Shown in pieces: positions 9,430-17,600 of a DNA stretch of 64,000 nt. The stretch is from an uncultured Dehalococcoidia bacterium. Its GTDB lineage: Bacteria; Chloroflexota; Dehalococcoidia; Lucifugimonadales; UBA3495. Each line of letters begins with the position of its first letter. The stretch's first letter is position 1. The stretch spans positions 69,464-133,463 of the forward strand of contig CATMOE010000004.1 of the NCBI GenBank assembly GCA_950072105.1, in the 5' to 3' direction. Made by a program: the position numbers and the translations under genes. The notes under the pieces were generated by a model. It was given only the letters and a program-made list of their open reading frames with translations, ran no database searches and was not told the DNA's origin.

Positions 9430-9502
9430 GCGGTCCTCCAGCCGGATCTCCGGGCTGCTTAGGGTTAAGGTTAAAAAAGTCTTGCCTGGGGAATGTCGAA
9501 GC

Positions 9503-9808
9503 CTAGATGCCTAGCTGGGACCTGGCCTCTTCGCTGATAAGGTCGGGGGACCATGGAGGGTCGAATACCAGCTCTATCTCAACGTCTTCCACGCCTTCAA
9601 CGTCCTGAATCGCCCACTCTGCTTGCTGGGCAATGAAAGGGCCCATGCCGCAACCGGGGAAGGTCAATGTCATCTGAACGTAGACATCGCCTTTAGTGAC
9701 CTGCACGTCGTAGATCAGTCCTAGATCCACCACGTTTACCGGTATCTCTGGATCGAAAACGGTCTTGAGAGATTCGTAGATCGCTTCCGTGGTTAGCTCT
9801 TCCGCCAT
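9503..9808 (-). CDS. SufT/DUF59 metal-sulfur cluster assembly factor
   Basis: VFDPEIPVNVVDLGLIY, MTLTFPGCGMG, VFDPPWSPD. Confidence 0.9.
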   Translation of the reverse strand: MAEELTTEAIYESLKTVFDPEIPVNVVDLGLIYDVQVTKGDVYVQMTLTFPGCGMGPFIAQQAEWAIQDVEGVEDVEIELVFDPPWSPDLISEEARSQLGI

Positions 9809-9970
9809 AATATCCTCCCTAAGGCTTCGGCTGGGCCCGACTTTCTTAATTATATGGAAAGTCGACCTATTTGGTCAACAATTCCTGGATGTATCTAGTC
9901 CCAGGATTAGAATCGCTGAATCATGGTTCTGGTTCGGCAATCAATCTCTATATATAGCCTATATGGGCGG

Positions 9971-10939
9971 TTAAGGAATCAGCAACACCTTGCCAGTGGT
10001 GCTCCGGCCCTCAAGCTGGCGGTGGGCTTCCGAGGCCTCGGCCAATGGAAAGACATGCTCCACCCGCAGCTTTAGCTCGCCTGACTTGACCCAGCCCAGC
10101 ACGTCTCCAGCCCGCTGCTCCAACTCTTCCCTGGTGGCTGTATAGTCGGCCAGTCCGGGGCGGGTCAGGTACAGGGAGCCGTTGCCAAGGATCCTTGGGT
10201 CCATGGAGGTGACCGGGCCGCTGGAATTGCCGTAAAGCACCATGTGCCCCCTTCTACCCAAGCAACTGATGCTCTGGTCGAAAGTAGTCTTTGCCACCGA
10301 ATCGTAAACGGCCCGCACACCCTCGCCGTTGGTGGCTTTCTTTACTTCTTCCGCGAAATCCTGCTGGGTGTAGAGAATGACGTGGTCGGCGCCCGCTTCC
10401 CTGGCCAGGTCCGCCTTGGCTTCGGTGGAAACGGTGGTGAAGATATACCCGCCCAGCTTCTTGACCATTTGGATCAGCAATAATCCCACTCCACCGGCGC
10501 CGGCATGTATGACAACCCGGTCGCCTTTTTGCACCGAGTAGGTCGAGTGGCAAAGGTAGTGGGCGGTCATGCCCTGCAGCATAGCGGCGGCGCCCGCTCG
10601 CGCGTCCAATCCATCCGGCATCTTGATAAGGCGGGAAGCCGGTACTAACGCTTGCTCGGCGTAAGACCCGGGGGTGCCGCAGTAGGCAACGACATCACCT
10701 TCTTTAACTTGGGTAACGCCAGACCCGACGCCACGCACTGTTCCGGCCCCTTCCACGCCGATGGTCCGTGGAAGGGGCTGGCCAGGGTTGGCCCCCATCC
10801 GGTTGTAGACATCGGTAAAGTTGACGCCCACGGCCTGTATCTCCACCAAGGCTTGTCCTTCTCCAGGGCTCAGATCCGCCACGTCCTGGTACTTCATGGC
10901 CTCGGGGCCGCCGTGCTCAGATATCTGTACTGCTTTCAT
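9971..10939 (-). CDS. qor: NADPH:quinone oxidoreductase (zeta-crystallin/MDR family)
   Basis: GVNFTD, GSYAE, LQGMTAHYL, HAGAGGVG, YGNSSG, EGRSTTGKVLLIP. Confidence 0.9.
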   Translation of the reverse strand: MKAVQISEHGGPEAMKYQDVADLSPGEGQALVEIQAVGVNFTDVYNRMGANPGQPLPRTIGVEGAGTVRGVGSGVTQVKEGDVVAYCGTPGSYAEQALVPASRLIKMPDGLDARAGAAAMLQGMTAHYLCHSTYSVQKGDRVVIHAGAGGVGLLLIQMVKKLGGYIFTTVSTEAKADLAREAGADHVILYTQQDFAEEVKKATNGEGVRAVYDSVAKTTFDQSISCLGRRGHMVLYGNSSGPVTSMDPRILGNGSLYLTRPGLADYTATREELEQRAGDVLGWVKSGELKLRVEHVFPLAEASEAHRQLEGRSTTGKVLLIP

Positions 10940-11446
10940 GATTCATCCTCCTAGTTGACCGAGTGCTGATCAAGGGTCACTGCGATTCTCTCTCGCCGTT
11001 TGGATCATACAATCATTATCGGTTTCCCCCGACTGACGCCGCATTTCCTAATAAGTTGAGGCCAACTTCTCCGGTATATCCTAACCGCCATGTATCGGGT
11101 GAATCTGGGAGTGAGATTAACCCCATGTTGAATGAAGCGCACGCGATACCGGAGAGGTAAATCAGTCCGACGGTAGTATACTCCGAATGTATGTGCTGGG
11201 ACACGTATGGGTGCGCGGTTCAAGATTGGCCGCGGCGTATTTTTGCCGGATCGGCCTGGCCGGCATAGAGATAAAATCGGAAGTTGGTGACGTTGAAGGC
11301 CGGTTCGAAGTCGTTGATATCCCTACCGGAAACTGATATTATTGATAAGACGTTCATCGGTCATCGGTGACCGCCATCCCCCCTGAAAATTCAATCCGTC
11401 TAGTCGGCTGGAACAGCCGAATGGCCAGAAATTAGGGTTCAGAGCG

Positions 11447-11611
11447 GCCATCCAAGTATCGAACCTCCGGGTGGACCGAAGAAACCCAATCTACCGGGAA
11501 AGACCCGGTGGACTGCCTCAACCAGCGTAACCAGGACGCCCACCCAGGTAGAACGGTCCCGTTAAACCGAACGAGCAATAGTCCTTGTCCCAGGTTTGAT
11601 CTGTGGATGGT
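11447..11611 (+). ncRNA. ssrS: Putative 6S RNA (long irregular hairpin with central bubble)
   Basis: Manual folding: gccatcca/tggatggt; atcgaacct/aggtttgat; ggg..ggac/gtcc..ccc; A-rich central bubble (cgaagaaacccaa vs cgttaaaccgaacgagcaata); inner stem tctaccggg/cccaggtaga. G-U pairs favour the + strand; size fits 6S RNA. Confidence 0.6.
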
Positions 11612-11679
11612 AGGGATGCGGATGGCGTGATGGAAGGCTAAATGTTCAGCAGAGGCTGAAAATTCTGGAGGTATCTGAA

Positions 11680-12501
11680 TTGATTAGTCAAAGTGGCCCG
11701 TCGCTTTCTGAAGCCCTGACTCGGTTTATCGCCTCCAAGAAGGGCGGTAAGAAGGCCCAGGATGGGCATCAAGAGCTCGGCCGCTTTGTGGCCTGGTGTG
11801 GACGGCAAAGAAAAGTAAACGACGTTTCGCCGGCTGAGGTTGCTGAATACGCCCAGCACATCGGTCTGGGAGGCGTCGATGCGGCGCTTAGGCTTAATCC
11901 ATTAAAACCCTTCCTAGCCTATCTCAAAGATGAAGGTTGGATCGTCAATGGATTGGCGGCCCACCTAAGGGTCCCTAGGACGCGAAAAACCACCGGAGGC
12001 CGCTCGTCTTCGTCCGGAGCGTATGGGGATGATGATGCTACCCATTTGAGCCAAGAAGGATATGATCGCCTGGTGGCCCAAGTTGCGGTGCTCAAAGGGG
12101 AGCGGGTCAGCATCGTGGAAGATATCCGGCGGGCGATGGAGGACAAGGATTTTCGCGAGAACGCCCCATTGGAAGCGGCCAAGGAACGCCAGGGCATCAT
12201 TGAGTCCAAGATCCGGGAGCTAGAAGCCGGCCTGGTCAGCGCTGTTGTCATGCAGACGGGGCGCCGAACCGCTCAGCAGAAGGCTGTTGTGGGCGCCAAG
12301 TTGACTCTGAAGGACATGGATTCAGGTAAGAAGGTGGTTTACACGCTGGTAGACGTTCGGGAAGCCGATGCTTCCTCCGGGAAAATATCCACAGTCTCGC
12401 CCGTCGGTTCTGCATTGATGAGCCGCAGTGTTGGCGAAGAGATTGCGATCAACGTTCCTAAAGGCACATTGAAGTACACCATCGAAAAGATTAGCACGTA
12501 G
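11680..12501 (+). CDS. greA: Transcription elongation factor GreA with ~115-aa N-terminal extension (tyrosine-recombinase core-binding-like)
   Basis: LSQEGYDRL...DKDFRENAPLEAAKERQ...GKISTVSPVGSALM; N-terminal helical segment LSEALTRFI...ELGRFVAW...VSPAEVAEY...RLNPLKPFLAYLKDEGWI. Confidence 0.85.
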   Translation: MISQSGPSLSEALTRFIASKKGGKKAQDGHQELGRFVAWCGRQRKVNDVSPAEVAEYAQHIGLGGVDAALRLNPLKPFLAYLKDEGWIVNGLAAHLRVPRTRKTTGGRSSSSGAYGDDDATHLSQEGYDRLVAQVAVLKGERVSIVEDIRRAMEDKDFRENAPLEAAKERQGIIESKIRELEAGLVSAVVMQTGRRTAQQKAVVGAKLTLKDMDSGKKVVYTLVDVREADASSGKISTVSPVGSALMSRSVGEEIAINVPKGTLKYTIEKIST

Positions 12502-12540
12502 CATACTGCCTTATTTAAAGCCGCGTTTTAAGATTGAAAT

Positions 12541-12577
12541 AAAAAGAGGCCCGGACTTCCGGGCCTCTTTTCTTTTT
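12541..12577. terminator. Bidirectional intrinsic terminator
   Basis: aaaaagaggcccgg-actt-ccgggcctcttttcttttt between convergent greA and peroxiredoxin. Confidence 0.85.
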
Positions 12578-12582
12578 GATCT

Positions 12583-13047
12583 CTAGCCTAGTTTGTCTAT
12601 TTCCGCCAAGATATCCAACGGGTCTGGTAGCACGCCGGGAACGTAGGTCTGGCGGTACCGGATGATCCCGTCTTTGTCCACCACGATCACCGCCCTGGTG
12701 CTGGCGCCTCGCTCTTCGTTCCATAGATCGAAGGCGATCGTGGCTTTACCCTTGGGATGGAAATCCGATAGCTCGGGGTAAGGCAATCCTCCCAAAGAGG
12801 TTGACCATGCGCGGTGAGCCGCTACTGTGTCGCAACTTATGCCCAGAACCTGAGCATTTTTCTCCTCAAACCGGCTGTGATGTTGCCGGAAGAGGGTGGC
12901 TTGCGTGGTTCAACCAGATGTGAAGTCGAACACGTGGAAAGAGAGGACCACGTGCTTTTGACCCTTGTAGCTGCTTAGGGTGATGTCTCCTTCACTCACC
13001 GAAGGAAGGGTAAAATCAGGGGCTGGGTCGCCAACTTGTGCGGGCAT
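12583..13047 (-). CDS. Selenocysteine-containing peroxiredoxin (AhpC/TSA, AhpE-like); in-frame UGA at 12910-12912
   Basis: MPAQVGDPAPDFTL...FHVFDFTSG-U-TTQATLFRQ...QVLGISCD...LSDFHPKG...RAVIVVDKDGIIRY. The TGA sits exactly at the peroxidatic Cys position and the frame continues into ORF 12583..12795. Confidence 0.85.
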
Positions 13048-13231
13048 ATCCTTACCTTTCTGTTTAGATTTTGCAGACTCGTGCCCGTGGCCGGACACTG
13101 GGAGATTATACCTTAGATTTGAACGTTGTACGACCACGTAACAGCTTGACATAACTTCCTCTGAAAACGGGCATGAACGCTGTCATATTCGGGCGTCGTA
13201 CGGTGGTATACTAGCCGGGATTTCAACCACT

Positions 13232-14329
13232 TTGCGGGCTGTGAGCCCCCGTACACCAAGTCATCTACCTGTCTTGCCCCACCACGTCAACCGGTTCCGT
13301 AGCCGGGTAAGCAGCGCCCGAGTCCTGAGCAGATTGCAAGTAGTTTTTGAACGCGGCGTGTATCTCCCTGAGATAGACCTGTGGCTGGATTCCCTTAGAA
13401 AGAAGGACACCAGTCTGATTTCTCACGCCCACTCCGACCACACCGCTCGCCACCTTCGTCCCGTTCTGACGCCGAATACCCTGCTCCTCTTAGCCGATTA
13501 CCTAAAAAAATCGGACCCGATTCCCCTCTCATACCACGAGCCCCTGGATTGCGGTAAATACACTCTTACGCTGTATCCTGCGGGTCATTGCCTGGGGTCG
13601 GCTCAATCGTTGATCGAGTCCAAGAGCACCGGGGAACGAGTGTTGTACACCGGCGACATAAAGGTGAAACCCAGTCCTACCAACGAGCCCCTGGAGGCGG
13701 TACCCTGCGACACCCTGATCTTGGAAGCAACCTACGGCCGCCCCAAGTATGTTTTCCCGGATCAGGACCAGGTATTGTCCACCGCTTGCAATACCTTGCG
13801 AAACTGGTTATCTCAGGGGCGTAAACCCGTAGTCCAGGGCTGGCGATTGGGCAAATCTCAAGAGGTGATGCATCACTTGTTGAGTCAGGGTTTCGATATG
13901 GTGGTGGATGAAGGGGTTTATCAGGTTGCCCAGGTTTATCAACAGGCAGGGGTTAGCTTCCCCGGTGAATTACGCCTGTTCGACGGACAATGGCCCGAGG
14001 GAGCCGTTTTGCTTTGTCCGCCGGGGCGTGGGATGACTAAGGCGGTAAACGGCTTCCGAGGCTTGAAGGTCATGGAGCTAACGGGGTGGGCCGTGGATGG
14101 AAGCCGGGGCTGGGGCCGCCGTGGCGACGCCAGCTTGCCTTTCAGCGACCATCCGGATTTCAATGAACTGGTTGAATACGTCCGTCGGGTCGACCCCAAA
14201 GAGGTGTACACGGTTAACGGCTTTCCCGAGCTGGCGGCCCACCTAAGGGGTCTGGGGTATCCGGCGGTGCACCTGGACGGGCGGCGGGGCGAGGTACAGG
14301 ACACAGGGTTTCAGATGAAGATGATGTAG
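13232..14329 (+). CDS. MBL-fold beta-CASP nuclease/metallo-hydrolase (true start probably ~13334)
   Basis: SHAHSDH, AGHCLGS, LYTGD, LEATYG, FSDHPDF. Confidence 0.85.
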   Translation: MRAVSPRTPSHLPVLPHHVNRFRSRVSSARVLSRLQVVFERGVYLPEIDLWLDSLRKKDTSLISHAHSDHTARHLRPVLTPNTLLLLADYLKKSDPIPLSYHEPLDCGKYTLTLYPAGHCLGSAQSLIESKSTGERVLYTGDIKVKPSPTNEPLEAVPCDTLILEATYGRPKYVFPDQDQVLSTACNTLRNWLSQGRKPVVQGWRLGKSQEVMHHLLSQGFDMVVDEGVYQVAQVYQQAGVSFPGELRLFDGQWPEGAVLLCPPGRGMTKAVNGFRGLKVMELTGWAVDGSRGWGRRGDASLPFSDHPDFNELVEYVRRVDPKEVYTVNGFPELAAHLRGLGYPAVHLDGRRGEVQDTGFQMKMM

Positions 14330-14332
14330 GAG

Positions 14333-14363
14333 ATCCCCCCAACTTTCTTTACGAAAGGGGGCT
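14333..14363. repeat. REP-like palindrome family A (ccccctttacgaaaggggg), degenerate copy
   Basis: atccccccaactttctttacgaaagggggct; related copies at 54603 and 60268. Confidence 0.65.
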
Positions 14364-14393
14364 ATTCAGGAGTCGAAGAGGAATCGTCAAAAG

Positions 14394-14424
14394 CGTAGGG
14401 GCGCGTTTCAAACCCGCCCCTACG
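14394..14424. repeat. GTAG-type REP-like palindrome
   Basis: cgtaggggcgcgtttcaaacccgcccctacg, an imperfect inverted repeat with GTAG/CTAC ends. Confidence 0.65.
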
Positions 14425-14473
14425 CGCGTGAACGACTTTGCGTTGGTTGGCATAATCTGGGGGGCGCCAACGC

Positions 14474-14507
14474 CCAGCATGCGGTTGACCGCGCTCAGAT
14501 AGGCCTT
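14474..14507 (-). repeat. 34-bp exact duplicate of leuA 3' region (15854-15887)
   Basis: ccagcatgcggttgaccgcgctcagataggcctt occurs at both positions. Confidence 0.9.
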
Positions 14508-14621
14508 GTCCCTCGCCGATCCGAGTCCGTACCTTCAGCCTTGGATAGCACTTTCCGCCTACAGGGTCATAGCGGGTATCCCGGCGGCTGCGAGGGAAAT
14601 ACAAAAAAGACAGACTCCCAG

Positions 14622-14637
14622 CCTATTAATTAATAGG
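14622..14637. promoter_or_regulatory. Perfect 16-bp palindrome, candidate PadR operator
   Basis: cctattaattaatagg, immediately upstream of the padR-like start. Confidence 0.5.
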
Positions 14638-14662
14638 AAGATATATGCCTATACTGAATGCT

Positions 14663-15019
14663 ATGAGAAGAAAAGCAGGGTCTCTCATTCCGATTGAGAT
14701 CTTGATCCTGGAGGCTGGCGCTGCGCTTAAGACTCGCAGCGATCCAAGCTTTTACGGCTTCATGATCGCCAAAGAAATTAAAGAACGTGAAGGAGCGCGC
14801 CTGCTTACCGCTCACGGAACGCTTTATAAAGCTCTGGGGAGGATGGAAAAGGCGGGCTTGCTGGAGAGCACTTGGGAAGACCCGCTTATCGCTGCGGAAG
14901 AGAGCCGGCCTCGCCGACGTTCTTACAATCTGACTTCCGCAGGTGACCTAGCCCTGGCAAAAGTGAAAGCTGAGGCCAAGCGATTTCCGGCCATTGGGAA
15001 AGGACTTTTGACGGCATGA
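14663..15019 (+). CDS. PadR family transcriptional regulator
   Basis: FYGFMIAKEI...HGTLYKALGRMEKAGLLESTWE...RPRRRSYNLTSAG. Confidence 0.88.
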   Translation: MRRKAGSLIPIEILILEAGAALKTRSDPSFYGFMIAKEIKEREGARLLTAHGTLYKALGRMEKAGLLESTWEDPLIAAEESRPRRRSYNLTSAGDLALAKVKAEAKRFPAIGKGLLTA

Positions 15020-15624
15020 GATGTTCATCTTCAAGAATGGCGGCGTGGCTCGTTCGGAAATGGGTGAATTTGTACACCATTGGCCTGCCTATAGACGTCA
15101 AGAAATTTAGGGGAGAAGAGATCGCCTCCGACCTCTGGGAGCAGGCTCAAGATGCATCCGGATCAGTGAGCGGGAGGCGATCTCTTCGGGTGCACATACT
15201 TGGCCGTTTGCTGTTCGGCATACCCGACGACCTATTCTGGCGCATGGAACACTCGAAGACGACCGGAGGGAGCATCGCGATGAATCGGGCAAGATATTTA
15301 ACGTATCCTAGGACTTATATCAATCTCATCGTATTGTTGGTCGGCATGGTAGTTCTCTTCCCTATCGGCGTCGGCGGATTCGTCACCGCCATCGTGGCAG
15401 CCGTAGTCCCGCCAGTCTTGCTTGCAACTGTTTTCATGTACAAATGGACAACAGTGGCTATCGGCCCGATCCCCATAGACACATTTCCTGAGGCGCTCGT
15501 TGTCTCACTCCTCGGTCTTGTGTTACTCCTGATCGAGTTATTTGTAGCCAACGCGATTGTCTCGATACTGCGGCGCCATGTTTCAGTGCGGATCGCCCGC
15601 TTCCATTTTGGACAAGACGCCTAG
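15016..15624 (+). CDS. PadR-coupled membrane protein (cytoplasmic N-terminal domain + 2-3 TM segments)
   Basis: ATGA overlap with padR; WVNLYTIGLP...EEIASDLWEQ N-terminus followed by hydrophobic helices. Confidence 0.7.
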   Translation: MRCSSSRMAAWLVRKWVNLYTIGLPIDVKKFRGEEIASDLWEQAQDASGSVSGRRSLRVHILGRLLFGIPDDLFWRMEHSKTTGGSIAMNRARYLTYPRTYINLIVLLVGMVVLFPIGVGGFVTAIVAAVVPPVLLATVFMYKWTTVAIGPIPIDTFPEALVVSLLGLVLLLIELFVANAIVSILRRHVSVRIARFHFGQDA

Positions 15625-15734
15625 AGAAACACCCGATCTGCAATTACATCCAAGTGCATTGTCCCGCACCCCGGTCATCCACGCCTATCCGGATGACTTA
15701 TGGATCTGCCCCGCAAACGGCACTTGACGAGGGC

Positions 15735-15776
15735 AAAAACAATAGGGGCGACCCGATCGCTCGAGTCGCCCCTATT
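15735..15776 (-). terminator. Intrinsic terminator downstream of leuA
   Basis: aataggggcgac...gtcgcccctatt stem, followed on the minus strand by gttttt. Confidence 0.75.
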
Positions 15777-15803
15777 CTGCATCTGATGTGCCCTGGTGAG
15801 GAC

Positions 15804-17369
15804 TTAATCCGGGGTGGTGCCCACGGCCGGGATGCTTGACTCTTCGTCGGCGGCCAGCATGCGGTTGACCGCGCTCAGATAGGCCTTTCCGCTGGCGACG
15901 ATTATGTCGGTGTCGGCGCCCCGGCCCGTGTAGACCTTCCCGGCATTCTCGATCCGGATGGTGACGCTGCCGATGGAGTCCATGCCCTCGGTAACCGCTT
16001 GAACCTTGAAGTCCACCAGTTCGCATTCGCAGCCGATCACCCGGTCGATGGCATTGCAGACAGCGTCCACCGGGCCGTTGCCGGTGGATGCGTCGGTGAC
16101 CGATTTCTGGTCCGGTCCGATGAGCCGGACGGTGGCGGTGGCGATGTCTTGATCGCCTCCGGAGAACTGCACGTGGTCCAGGGTGTAGCTGATCGGCTCG
16201 GTAGCCGTCCGATTCTCCTCGTCCATGAGGATCTCCAGGTCGCGGTCGGTGACCTCCCGTTTCTTGTCGGCCAGCTCTTTAAAGGACTCGAATACCTTGG
16301 CCATTTCCTCTCTGGACAGGGCGTAGCCCAAATCTTCCAACCGGGACTGGAGACCCGCGCGGCCACTGAGCTTGCCCAATACCAGGGTATTGCCGGGGAC
16401 GCCCACCCGCTCGGGCTGCATCACTTCGTAAGTGGAGCGGTTCTTTATCACACCGTCCTGGTGGATACCCGAGGCATGCCGGAAGGCGTTTTCCCCAACG
16501 ATGGCCTTGTTGGCCTGAACGGCCATGCCGGTGATGCGGCTGACCATGCGGCTGGCCCCGTATATCTGGGTGGTGTCGGCGTTGATCTCTACCCCGAAGT
16601 GGTCCTTCCGGGTGTCCAACCCCATGATTATCTCTTCCAATGATGCGTTGCCGGCCCGTTCGCCGATGCCGTTGATGCAGCCCTCAACCTGGCGGGCGCC
16701 GAACTCGACGGCAATGAGGCTGTTGGCCACGGCCAGTCCCAGGTCGTTGTGGCAATGGACGCTTAGCACGACGTTTTCGATACCTTGGACATTGGCCTGA
16801 ACGTCCTTCAGCAGTTGACCGAATCCAGCGGACGAGGGGATGGCGTAGCCCACTGTGTCGGCGATGTTGATGGTTGTGGCCCCGGCCTTAATCACCTCAG
16901 ACAACATCTGGAACAAGTATTCTGGGTTGGTCCGGGTGGCGTCCATGGGGGAGAACTCGACATCGTCGCAGTAGCCCTTGGCTCGCTCAACCATGGTCAC
17001 CGCCATCTCCATGACCTCTTCCCGGTTCTTGCGCAGTTGGTGCATCTGATGGATCTCCGAGGAAGAGAGGAACACGTGGATGCGGGGGCGCTCGGAGTGC
17101 TCCACGGACCGCCAGGCTTGGTCCACGTCGTTGGCCACGGCCCGGGCCAGGGAGGCGATGATGGGTCCCTTGATCTCTTTGGCGATGTTGGACACCGCCT
17201 CAAAGTCACCAGGTGAACTGGCGGCGAAACCCGCTTCGATAATATCCACATTCATCCGCTGCAGTTGGCGGGCGATCTCCATCTTCTCTTGACCCGTCAT
17301 GCCGATGCCGGCCGACTGCTCTCCGTCGCGGAGGGTAGTGTCCAATAGCAACACTTTTTCCATAGCCAT
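15804..17369 (-). CDS. leuA: 2-isopropylmalate synthase
   Basis: DTTLRDGEQS, HCHNDLGLAVANS, NGIGERAGNA, HASGIHQDG, C-terminal regulatory domain GNGPVDA. Confidence 0.96.
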   Translation of the reverse strand: MAMEKVLLLDTTLRDGEQSAGIGMTGQEKMEIARQLQRMNVDIIEAGFAASSPGDFEAVSNIAKEIKGPIIASLARAVANDVDQAWRSVEHSERPRIHVFLSSSEIHQMHQLRKNREEVMEMAVTMVERAKGYCDDVEFSPMDATRTNPEYLFQMLSEVIKAGATTINIADTVGYAIPSSAGFGQLLKDVQANVQGIENVVLSVHCHNDLGLAVANSLIAVEFGARQVEGCINGIGERAGNASLEEIIMGLDTRKDHFGVEINADTTQIYGASRMVSRITGMAVQANKAIVGENAFRHASGIHQDGVIKNRSTYEVMQPERVGVPGNTLVLGKLSGRAGLQSRLEDLGYALSREEMAKVFESFKELADKKREVTDRDLEILMDEENRTATEPISYTLDHVQFSGGDQDIATATVRLIGPDQKSVTDASTGNGPVDAVCNAIDRVIGCECELVDFKVQAVTEGMDSIGSVTIRIENAGKVYTGRGADTDIIVASGKAYLSAVNRMLAADEESSIPAVGTTPD

Positions 17370-17420
17370 ATCTGTTACCTAATCCCTTTCTGTGTTGTAG
17401 ATTTGAGTGTACTTTTGCCG

Positions 17421-17531
17421 CTAACTGCGGCGCTCAGAAAGGGTCCGCAGGGGCATGTAGTCCACCGCCGCCAGCCCTGCTAGGACCAGCGGGCGATGGT
17501 GGACTACACTCAACGCCTCCAGATTCCTCAT
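17421..17531 (-). promoter_or_regulatory. Putative leuA leader ORF (36 aa) overlapping a strong RNA hairpin
   Basis: MRNLEALSVVHHRPLVLAGLAAVDYMPLRTLSERRS*; 11-bp perfect inverted repeat tgtagtccacc/ggtggactaca inside it. Confidence 0.5.
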
Positions 17532-17600
17532 TTTAGAATCCCCCGTCACAGATTGTTCCGATTGAGGCCGTGGACCGGCCGGGGTCCAAGTAAGATTTGT

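Noticed and set aside
10963..11223. Short overlapping ORFs upstream of qor
   Set aside because: No RBS or recognisable motifs; they are mutually overlapping and likely spurious.
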